DNA of 64,000 nucleotides. Origin: Candidatus Latescibacterota bacterium. Lineage in GTDB: Bacteria; Latescibacterota; UBA2968; GCA-2709665. The translations under genes were made by a program, and so were the position numbers. The notes under the pieces were generated by a model. It had not been told where the DNA came from. It saw only the letters and a list, made by a program, of their open reading frames with translations, and made no database searches. Shown in pieces: positions 9,036-16,478 of the stretch. The number at the start of each line of letters is the position of its first letter. Within the stretch, counting starts at the first letter, position 1. The stretch is from NCBI GenBank assembly GCA_965248435.1, contig OZ252100.1, forward strand, positions 1,312,001 through 1,376,000, read 5' to 3'.

Positions 9036-10232
9036 ATGAAAGTCGCTTATTTCGACTGTTTTTCTGGTATCAGTGGAGATATGCTTTTGGGAAGCCTGCT
9101 GGATGCGGGGCTCCCGCTTGAATCACTTCTGGTGGAAGTCCAGAAATTGGAGCTTCCTAATGTTGAGATCCGCGCAAGAAGCGTAGAGAAGCACGGAATC
9201 AGCGCCACGAAGGTGGACGTGCTGACAAAAGAGACCGGAAAGCACAGACATCTCGGAGACGTCTTGGAACTCCTGGACAGATGCCCAACCCACGGCAAAA
9301 TCAGGTCCGATGCTCGAAAAATTTTCCAGAACCTGGCCCGGGCCGAAGCGGAGGTACACGGCGCCTCGCCCGAAACCGTTGTCTTTCACGAAATCGGAGC
9401 GATGGACGCCATCGTGGATGTCTTGGGCACGCTGATCTGTTTGGACCTTCTCTACGTGGAGCGCGTCTACGCCTCAGTCATCCGATTCGGTCGCGGAACG
9501 ACTCGTGGCGCACACGGTCCGCTTCCTATTCCCGCCCCGGCCGTCGTGGCCCTCTGCAAAGGGCTGCCCACGGAGCGAACCGAGATCCCTTACGAACTGG
9601 TCACGCCGACCGGAGCAGCGATCCTGTCGACGCTGGCGACCGAGGTTGGGTGCCGGATGACCCTGACGACCGAATCTTTCGGCTATGGGGCAGGGACTCG
9701 AGATATTGAGGAGGTGCCGAATCTGCTCAGAGTGGAGCTTGGCCAACTCAAGGAAGACCTGAAGGCAGACACCCTCTACTTGATCGAAACGAATGTCGAC
9801 GACATGTCGCCGGAAATCTATGGCTACGTGACGGACAGACTGCTCGCAGAAGGCGCGCGCGACGCCTACCTCACTCCCCTTATCATGAAAAAGGGCCGCC
9901 CGGGCGTTCTGGTGAGCGTTCTCTCAGATCCGTCCAATGTAAATCGTCTGACCGAGATCCTCCTGCGTGAAACGACGACCCTCGGCGTGCGGGTAAGTCA
10001 GGTGGATCGGCTATCCATCGACCGGAAGCAGGAAGTTTTCCAAACTCCTTTTGGGCCTGTGAGCGTGAAGATTTCTCACTCTGGCGGGAGAACGCTTTTC
10101 GCTCCTGAGTACGAGGACTGTGCCGGGATCGCCAGAGCACACGATGTATCCATCCTCGAGGTCTACAGGGCCGCAACGCGTGCTGCAGAATCAAAGCAAA
10201 AGCCCGGGAACAGCCCCGGGCAATCAGCTTGA
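9036..10232 (+). CDS. larC: Nickel pincer cofactor biosynthesis protein LarC (DUF111)
   Basis: YFDCFSGISGDM, VFHEIGAMDAIVD, HG..P.PAPA, ELVTPTGAA, ETNVDD, MKKGRPG, ETTTLGVR, PEYEDC. Confidence 0.93.
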   Translation: MKVAYFDCFSGISGDMLLGSLLDAGLPLESLLVEVQKLELPNVEIRARSVEKHGISATKVDVLTKETGKHRHLGDVLELLDRCPTHGKIRSDARKIFQNLARAEAEVHGASPETVVFHEIGAMDAIVDVLGTLICLDLLYVERVYASVIRFGRGTTRGAHGPLPIPAPAVVALCKGLPTERTEIPYELVTPTGAAILSTLATEVGCRMTLTTESFGYGAGTRDIEEVPNLLRVELGQLKEDLKADTLYLIETNVDDMSPEIYGYVTDRLLAEGARDAYLTPLIMKKGRPGVLVSVLSDPSNVNRLTEILLRETTTLGVRVSQVDRLSIDRKQEVFQTPFGPVSVKISHSGGRTLFAPEYEDCAGIARAHDVSILEVYRAATRAAESKQKPGNSPGQSA

Positions 10233-10261
10233 ATCTTATGAGTCAAGCAGGTGCAAGCTAG

Positions 10262-10495
10262 TCAGCCCTCGTCCATCTCCTCAAGCGATTGAATCAATCC
10301 ACCCACCGTCCTCACTTCACTTCCTTCCTCGAGCCCTTGGCCGCCGTCCTTAGCCTCGTCGAAAAATAGAAAACTCTCCAAGTCCCTCAGAAACTCGAGA
10401 CAGTGCCATACCTTGGTGCGTTCATAATCCTCGGAACAGAGTTCCCTGGGGATCGGGCATTGATCATAAAGCTTTCGCGGACAAGGGCGAGGCAT
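10262..10495 (-). CDS. Small Cys-containing acidic hypothetical protein
   Basis: 77-aa ATG ORF starting 9 nt after the glnA stop and filling the larC-glnA gap; four Cys; no clear RBS. Confidence 0.4.
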   Translation of the reverse strand: MPRPCPRKLYDQCPIPRELCSEDYERTKVWHCLEFLRDLESFLFFDEAKDGGQGLEEGSEVRTVGGLIQSLEEMDEG

Positions 10496-10504
10496 CTGCC
10501 GTAC

Positions 10505-11839
10505 TCATAGAGTTTTCAGATACTGGTCGATTTCATACCCGGTCACTTGGGCCCGATAGTCGGCCCACTCGATCTTTTTGTTCTCGATAAATTTCTCAAG
10601 AACGTGGTCTCCAAGCGATTTGCGCAGAAGTTCGCTCCCCTGGGCCAGCTCGATCGCGTGCGATAGATCTTGGGGCAGCGTTTCGATTCCTGCCTTCTGC
10701 CGTGCAGAATCGCTCATCTCGGCAACGTTCATTTCTGAAGGCGGAGGCAGTTTGAAGCGCTTTTCGATGCCTTCCAGACCAGCCGCCAACATCACGGAGA
10801 AGGCCAGGTAAGGATTACAAGCTGGATCGGGAGACCTGTATTCCACACGAACGGCGTTTTCCTTGCCGGGTTTATAGGCAGGCACTCGAACCAGATCGGA
10901 CCGATTGATCACGGCCCAGGTTGTGTAGATGGGGGCCTCGTAACCAGGAACGAGCCGCTTGTAGGAATTTACCCACTGGTTCGTCACAAGTGTGATCTCC
11001 CTCGCGTAGCGGAGTAACCCGACGATGTAGTACTTAGCGGCGCGAGACAGATGAAACGGGTCCTTCGGATTGAAGAAGGCGTTGCGTTCCCCCTTGAACA
11101 GGGACATATGCGTGTGCATCCCGTTTCCATTTACGCCGAAGACCGGTTTGGGCATGAACGTGGCCCAGACGCCGTGTTTCAACGCGATCTCCTTGACCAC
11201 CAGACGGTAGGTCATGGCACTGTCGGCCATCGTCAGGGCGTCTGTGTAGAGCAAGTCGATTTCGTGCTGACTGGGAGCCCCTTCGTGATGGCTCGAGGCG
11301 ACCTCAATTCCCATCTGCTGCAAGGCCAGGACAGTCTCGCGTCGGAGGTCGCTGGCGACATCCAGAGGAGTGAGATCGAAGTACCCGCCTTCGTCTAAAC
11401 CCTTCAGCGGTCGTTCTGTGCTCTCGAAGTAGAAATATTCCAGCTCCGGACTGACATAAAATGTGAAGCCCATATCCGAAGCCCGCTTGAGATTTTTCTT
11501 GAGCACCCACCGTGGGTCCCCCTCATAAGGTTTTCCGTTGGGTTCCACGATATCACAGAACATGCGCGCAACCGTACCCTGTTCGCGGGGGCGAAAGGGG
11601 AGCACCTGAAAGGTGCTCGGATCCGGCATGGCGATCATATCGCTTTCATCGATCCGTGCGAAGCCCTCCACGGAGGACCCGTCGAAACCGATTCCCCCAT
11701 CGAGTGCTTCCCCCAGCTGTTCAACCGGAATCGCGACGCTCTTCAGAAACCCGAGGATATCCGTGAACCAAAGGCGGATAAACTTCACGCTATGATCCTT
11801 GGCCGCGCTCAAAACGTAATCTTTGCTTCCGTCGTTCAT
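10505..11839 (-). CDS. glnA: Glutamine synthetase type I (GSI-alpha-like)
   Basis: FIRLWFTDILGFLKS, FDGSSVEGF, PELEYF, HHEGAPSQHE, FMPKP..GVNGNGMH, YKRLVPGYEAP, EYRSPDPACNPY; likely start ATG 11839. Confidence 0.96.
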   Translation of the reverse strand: MNDGSKDYVLSAAKDHSVKFIRLWFTDILGFLKSVAIPVEQLGEALDGGIGFDGSSVEGFARIDESDMIAMPDPSTFQVLPFRPREQGTVARMFCDIVEPNGKPYEGDPRWVLKKNLKRASDMGFTFYVSPELEYFYFESTERPLKGLDEGGYFDLTPLDVASDLRRETVLALQQMGIEVASSHHEGAPSQHEIDLLYTDALTMADSAMTYRLVVKEIALKHGVWATFMPKPVFGVNGNGMHTHMSLFKGERNAFFNPKDPFHLSRAAKYYIVGLLRYAREITLVTNQWVNSYKRLVPGYEAPIYTTWAVINRSDLVRVPAYKPGKENAVRVEYRSPDPACNPYLAFSVMLAAGLEGIEKRFKLPPPSEMNVAEMSDSARQKAGIETLPQDLSHAIELAQGSELLRKSLGDHVLEKFIENKKIEWADYRAQVTGYEIDQYLKTL

Positions 11840-11912
11840 GATTTGGCTCGGTTCGCTGCTTTGTGACGGTGATGGACCGAATAAGAACGGATACAAAAAG
11901 TACTGCCGGCAT

Positions 11913-11950
11913 GTTACGCGCATGTTTCTGGAAGATTAAATGGAGGTTAA
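11913..11950 (-). promoter_or_regulatory. 11-bp-period operator resembling an OmpR-type GlnR box
   Basis: Minus strand reads TTAAC-n6-TTAAT-n6-GAAAC-n6-GTAAC, about 75-110 nt upstream of glnA. Confidence 0.5.
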
Positions 11951-12071
11951 CAGGAAGGGAACGTTGACCTGAAATCCGAGCAGAACCACCTTGGTGCGCG
12001 CCTCCTCAGATTCCTCGCGATCTCTGTGTTTCTACACTGTTTTTCAAGGACGAAGATCAGAGGTGTACGCG

Positions 12072-12103
12072 AAAAGCCCTGAAGGTCACCGACCTCCAGG
12101 GCT
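12072..12103 (-). terminator. Intrinsic terminator of hup
   Basis: AGCCCTGGAGGTC/GACCTTCAGGGCT hairpin followed by T-run on minus strand. Confidence 0.65.
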
Positions 12104-12130
12104 GCAGGTTTTCACGAAAGCCTTTTAAAG

Positions 12131-12406
12131 CTACTGAACAGCCTCTTTAAGGGCTTTTCCGGCCTTAAAACGCAGAGTCTTGCTCGCCGCAATCTGAATC
12201 GTAGCACCAGTTTGAGGGTTGCGCCCCTGTCGTGCCGCTCTACTCCCAACAGAGAATGTTCCGAAGCCAGAAATCGAAACCCGTTCTCCCTTCTTCAGCG
12301 CCGAAGTAATTTCACCTAAAACAGTATCCAGGGCAGCTCCCGCGGCCTTCTTGGAGATATCCGCCTTATCAGAAATCGCATCCACTAGATCCGCCTTGTT
12401 TGGCAT
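12131..12406 (-). CDS. hup: DNA-binding protein HU
   Basis: NKADLVDAI...GFGTF...RAARQGRNPQTG...FKAGKALK. Confidence 0.96.
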   Translation of the reverse strand: MPNKADLVDAISDKADISKKAAGAALDTVLGEITSALKKGERVSISGFGTFSVGSRAARQGRNPQTGATIQIAASKTLRFKAGKALKEAVQ

Positions 12407-12436
12407 ATTTCTCACCCCCTTTCGAAAAGGCGCCTA

Positions 12437-12465
12437 AATATAGTACCCCAGCGGAAGTTTGTCAA
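12437..12465 (-). promoter_or_regulatory. sigma70-type promoter of hup
   Basis: TTGACA-17-TATATT. Confidence 0.7.
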
Positions 12466-12587
12466 GCCAGCAAGGCCCGAAAAAGTCCCGTAATAGCGCA
12501 TTTTCTTCTTGAATCTAAAGAGGTTATCTCATATGTTTTTCTGCTTCAGATCGAGTTGCGATTGGACTAAATCCGAGGCGAACGCGG

Positions 12588-13085
12588 ATGACCCGTAGCC
12601 TGACCCTGAATGCGATGCTCACTGCCTTAACGGCGGTTGCGACGCTTGTTTTACGTATTCCAACACCTGCAACACAGGGATACGTGAACCTCGGTGACAG
12701 CGTAATCATCAGTGCCGCACTTCTCTTTGGGTCCAGAACCGGGGCCTTGTCTGGAGGAATCGGCTCCGCGTTAGCGGATATCCTGGGCGGCTATGCACAC
12801 TGGGCTCCCTTTACGCTCGTCATCAAGGGCGCGGAGGGAGCCTTGGTTGGGAGCTTTTCACGCAAATCGCTGCTTTCGAGGATGGGCGTTCTGATTGGTG
12901 GACTCAGGGCATTTGTCGGCACCTTATGGATGGTTTTGGGATACTTCCTCACCGAAACGTTCCTTTACGGATGGCAACCTGCCCTCGCCGGACTCCTGGG
13001 GAACGGGATACAAGGTTTGGCAAGTCTGATCCTGGCGATTCCTGCTGCCATACTCCTTGAACGAGCCGGATTTCGCCGTGAATGA
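12588..13085 (+). CDS. ECF transporter substrate-binding S component
   Basis: AMLTAL..V.T..RIP.P.T.GYVNLGD, GGIGSALAD..GGY..WAPFTLVIKG; about 5-6 TM helices. Confidence 0.88.
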   Translation: MTRSLTLNAMLTALTAVATLVLRIPTPATQGYVNLGDSVIISAALLFGSRTGALSGGIGSALADILGGYAHWAPFTLVIKGAEGALVGSFSRKSLLSRMGVLIGGLRAFVGTLWMVLGYFLTETFLYGWQPALAGLLGNGIQGLASLILAIPAAILLERAGFRRE

Positions 13086-13095
13086 TCGTCTTAAC

Positions 13096-13129
13096 AAAAA
13101 AAAGGGGGCGGCGGAAGCCGTCCCCCTTC
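13096..13129. terminator. Intrinsic terminator between convergent ECF-S and PTS EIIA genes
   Basis: A8-GGGGGCGGC-ggaa-GCCGTCCCCC hairpin; U-tail strongest on minus strand. Confidence 0.65.
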
Positions 13130-13148
13130 TCTCAAGGTCGTCTTCGGA

Positions 13149-13622
13149 TCAGCAGGAAACGCTTTCCGGCTTCACGAGCGCCCCTTTCAAAATCTCTAAA
13201 ACTTCAATCTCCGAGTCCGCGTTCAACAGGGCTTGCCGAACTGGCGCTTCGTGTAACAGGCGAGCAATCTCGGCCACCGTCTTCAAGTAGGCTTGGTCGT
13301 GTTTGTTGGGCCAGCCGATCAGTACCACGATGGACACCCTTTCACCCTCTCCCCATTCGATCCCGTTTCTCGAAACACCCAGTCCGATGACCGGTTCCTC
13401 GATCGTCTCGTCCCGGTAGTGAGGAATCGCAACGCCATCTCCGACACCACTCCCGAAGCGCAGTTCCTTTTGTACCATTACCGATAGAAACTGGCGAAAT
13501 GCGGAAATCTCTGGCCCGTCCTCCAGTAGGCCCGCCAACTCGCGGATCGCCTCCACCTTATTCCGTGCGTCCATGCGCACAAGAATTCTGTCCTGCTTGA
13601 GGTATCGGAGAAGATTAGCCAC
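13149..13622 (-). CDS. Stand-alone PTS EIIA domain protein (fructose/mannitol/Ntr type)
   Basis: K.EAIREL, GSGVGDGVAIPH (phospho-His), GVSRNGIEW. Confidence 0.88.
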   Translation of the reverse strand: MANLLRYLKQDRILVRMDARNKVEAIRELAGLLEDGPEISAFRQFLSVMVQKELRFGSGVGDGVAIPHYRDETIEEPVIGLGVSRNGIEWGEGERVSIVVLIGWPNKHDQAYLKTVAEIARLLHEAPVRQALLNADSEIEVLEILKGALVKPESVSC

Positions 13623-13679
13623 GATTGAACGATTGCCTCGCGATGTAGCAACGCCTCAGTAGAGTTGAAAGCACAGCGT

Positions 13680-14555
13680 CTAGGCCCATTCCATAAGCGG
13701 TTCCAACTGCATTCGGCGCTGAGGGTGTCGCAGCCTGTGCAGCGCCCTCTCTTTGATCTGCCTCACTCGCTCCCGGGTCAGTTGGAATCTTACTCCGATT
13801 TCCTCGAGTGTCATCGGTTCTTCGTCTCCGAGCCCAAAATAGAGTCGGAGTATTTTCGCCTCGCGATCCTCAAGAGAGTCCAGCACCATCTCCACCTGCT
13901 CCTGTACTGACCGCTCCACAACCCCGCTGTCGGGTGTCGCCTGAGACTCATCCGCCAACACGTTCAGCAGACTGTGATCGTCCTCTTCTTTGAATGTCGC
14001 GTCGAGAGACCAGACATCCCGACCTCGCATCATCGTGTCGCGCACCATTTCTACAGAAACACCCAGCTCATCCGCGACTGCCTCAGGCTCGGGCTCGTAC
14101 CCATTAGACTGAAACAGCTCGCGCGAGACCTTTGAAATGTTATGTAAGAGATCGATCCGATTGACCGGCAATCGAACAACCCGCGTGTCCTGCGCCAGGC
14201 TCTGATGGATGGATTGCCGGATCCACCAGACCGCGTAGGAGATGAACTTGAATCCGCGCCGACCGTCAAAACGCTCAGCGGCGGTCATCAGACCAAAGTT
14301 GCCCGCGCTGATCAAGTCTGAAAGCGGAACGCCGTAGTTCTGGTATTCACGCGCGATACTCACGACAAAACGCAGGTTGGCGCCGACCAGTGTATCCCGT
14401 GCCTTCTGGTCTCCTTTTCGGATCCGCTCCGCCAACCCGATCTCCTCTTTACCGGACAGAGGTGTCGAAGAGGCGATATCTCTCAAATACAGATTCAGTG
14501 TTTCGCTGTCTTGCACAGAAATCCCAGCCACGTTCACGATCTCCTCTCCTGCCAA
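13680..14555 (-). CDS. RNA polymerase sigma70-family factor (RpoD/RpoS-like, no region 1.1)
   Basis: LNLYLRDI, ANLRFVVSIA, DLISAGN.GL, KFISYAVWWIRQ, TLEEIG..F.LTRERVRQI. Confidence 0.93.
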   Translation of the reverse strand: MAGEEIVNVAGISVQDSETLNLYLRDIASSTPLSGKEEIGLAERIRKGDQKARDTLVGANLRFVVSIAREYQNYGVPLSDLISAGNFGLMTAAERFDGRRGFKFISYAVWWIRQSIHQSLAQDTRVVRLPVNRIDLLHNISKVSRELFQSNGYEPEPEAVADELGVSVEMVRDTMMRGRDVWSLDATFKEEDDHSLLNVLADESQATPDSGVVERSVQEQVEMVLDSLEDREAKILRLYFGLGDEEPMTLEEIGVRFQLTRERVRQIKERALHRLRHPQRRMQLEPLMEWA

Positions 14556-14587
14556 TCACCCGACCTGCGGCGACAACCGTCTCGTGC

Positions 14588-14602
14588 GTGCAGGTTTTGC
14601 AC
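14588..14602. promoter_or_regulatory. Palindrome GTGCA-N5-TGCAC in the sigma-factor leader
   Basis: gtgcaggttttgcac; same motif as the upstream palindromes. Confidence 0.5.
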
Positions 14603-14714
14603 CCTTCACGTCCGACCCACACAGGTTTGAAATCTACAACACGTTGTTAATAAATAACCTGTAAGGACGTTCCCGCAGCGACCGATACGGCCCCTAGATG
14701 CTGGTTGATAAATT

Positions 14715-14730
14715 AGCAACTTTAATGCCA
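14715..14730 (-). promoter_or_regulatory. sigma54 (-24/-12) promoter facing the sigma70-family gene
   Basis: Minus strand TGGCATTAAAGTTGCT = T-GG-N10-GC-T, matching the TGGCA...TTGCW consensus. Confidence 0.8.
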
Positions 14731-14820
14731 TGTTGCGGGTAGAGAAAGGACAACTGCTTGTTTCGAAATGAATTGGGTGACAAGCCGACAGCGGGGATAT
14801 CTGCAACTCGGGGGACATAC

Positions 14821-14866
14821 ACGCAAAATTTGCATTCCAATCGGATCTAAAGTGCAAATTCTGCAC
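14821..14866. promoter_or_regulatory. Tandem enhancer-like palindromes (putative bEBP upstream activating sequences)
   Basis: acgcaaaatttgcat (14821-14835) and gtgcaaattctgcac (14852-14866); centres 31 bp apart, about 125 and 155 bp upstream of the predicted TSS. Confidence 0.65.
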
Positions 14867-14876
14867 ATGTAGGTGT

Positions 14877-16244
14877 TCACTGAGGGGGCCGGACCTGATA
14901 CCTCTTGAGCTTATACTGGAGGGCCCGAACGCTGATTCCGAGGATGGCCGCAGCCTCTTTCCGGTTTGACGTCACCTGCGTTAGAGTATGCTCGATCAGC
15001 GCCCGCTCCACGTCCTGGATCGATTTACCGATTTCCATCTCAAACCGCTCTGGCCGGGTGCCCGATTCTCGAACTCGGACCGGAAGCCGTTTCACGCCAA
15101 CCTCTTGATCCTCGCAGGTTACCACGATCTGTTCGATCACATTCTTCAGTTCCCGAACGTTTCCCGGCCAGTCGTAGTTTAAAATGGACTGCATCGCACC
15201 AGCGGTAAACCGCTTTCGCGGCTTTCCGTGAAGTGAGCAGAGCTGGGCCAGGAAGGTATCGACAATCAACGGGATATCCTCTTTCCGGTCCTTTAGCAGG
15301 GGCAGCTGGATGGGCACGACATTGATCCTATAATACAAATCCTCTCGAAATCCCCCCTGCCTCATGAGGGTGTCCAGGTCCCGATTCGTGGCAAAAATCG
15401 TCCTCACATTGGCCTTGTGTGGCTTCATCCCGCCGACTGGGGTGTAGACTTTCTCCTCCAGAACGCGGAGTAAATCCACCTGATTCTGGATCGGGATCTC
15501 GCTCACCTCGTCAAAAAACAGCGTGCCCCCCTCCGCGGCAGCGAATCGCCCAGGCTTGTCTGCGTGCGCGCCGGTGAATGCCCCCCGGACATGGCCGAAA
15601 AGCTCGCTCTCAAACAGGGATTCAGGAATCGCACCGCAGTTGACCGGCACCATCGGATCATCTGCGCGGCTGCTCGTTTGCCAGATTGCCCTTGCGACCA
15701 GCTCCTTTCCCGTTCCCGTTTCGCCCGTGATCAACACAGGGACGTCTGTCATTGCCGCCTGTCTGATCGTGTCGCATACACTCCTCATCACTTCGCTTCG
15801 ATGGACGATCTCTTCAAAAGACGTCGCTGAATCCAGACGCGCACGAAGCTCTTTGTTCTCAACGACAAGCGCCTGGTGTTCCAGAAGGCGCTCCAAAGAG
15901 AGTCTGATGCGCTTGAAGTCTGTCGGCTTGGGTAGAAAATCATAAGCACCCAGACGCATCGCCTCGACGGCGGTCGCGACCTCGCCCTGTGCAGTGATCA
16001 CAATCACCCCCGTGTCGGGGCTCCTCGCCTTGACCTCTTTGAGCAGAGACATCGCCGCTTTCCCTGGCACCTTGAGGTCCAGAATGGCTGCGTGGTAATG
16101 CCCACGTTCCAGGCGTTTACCTATCTCGCGCAGGCCGTGGACGGCATCCACAATATAGCCGGCCTCGGAAAGAAAGTCGATCAAGCCTTCGGAGACATCT
16201 TTCTCATCATCGATGACAAGGATACGGTTCTCGTTCGAGTGCAT
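14877..16244 (-). CDS. sigma54-dependent response regulator (REC-AAA+-Fis HTH; NtrC/AtoC/ZraR family)
   Basis: VIDDE, ILDLK, GETGTGKE, ESELFGH..GAFTGA, FFDEV, FREDLYYRI, WPGNVREL, C-terminal HTH. Confidence 0.95.
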   Translation of the reverse strand: MHSNENRILVIDDEKDVSEGLIDFLSEAGYIVDAVHGLREIGKRLERGHYHAAILDLKVPGKAAMSLLKEVKARSPDTGVIVITAQGEVATAVEAMRLGAYDFLPKPTDFKRIRLSLERLLEHQALVVENKELRARLDSATSFEEIVHRSEVMRSVCDTIRQAAMTDVPVLITGETGTGKELVARAIWQTSSRADDPMVPVNCGAIPESLFESELFGHVRGAFTGAHADKPGRFAAAEGGTLFFDEVSEIPIQNQVDLLRVLEEKVYTPVGGMKPHKANVRTIFATNRDLDTLMRQGGFREDLYYRINVVPIQLPLLKDRKEDIPLIVDTFLAQLCSLHGKPRKRFTAGAMQSILNYDWPGNVRELKNVIEQIVVTCEDQEVGVKRLPVRVRESGTRPERFEMEIGKSIQDVERALIEHTLTQVTSNRKEAAAILGISVRALQYKLKRYQVRPPQ

Positions 16245-16347
16245 CTAATTTTCCTGTTCAGTTCGTTTTCTTTCAACGCCAAAGGCTCTTTCAAAAGCTA
16301 TCGAAGCGCTTCCGGATTCGCAAGCGCAACTTCCTTTTCCAAAGACC

Positions 16348-16377
16348 TTGACACATCCCCCGCCGTGGCGCTATTAT
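16348..16377 (+). promoter_or_regulatory. sigma70-type promoter of glnD
   Basis: TTGACA-18-TATTAT. Confidence 0.55.
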
Positions 16378-16478
16378 CAAATTTGGCTTTTCGTGCATTA
16401 AGGTCGTATCAAATAGAAGGATAACGAACGTCTACACCAGACTTCGGGCATCGCGCCCAGGAAGGGGTGAATTCATAG

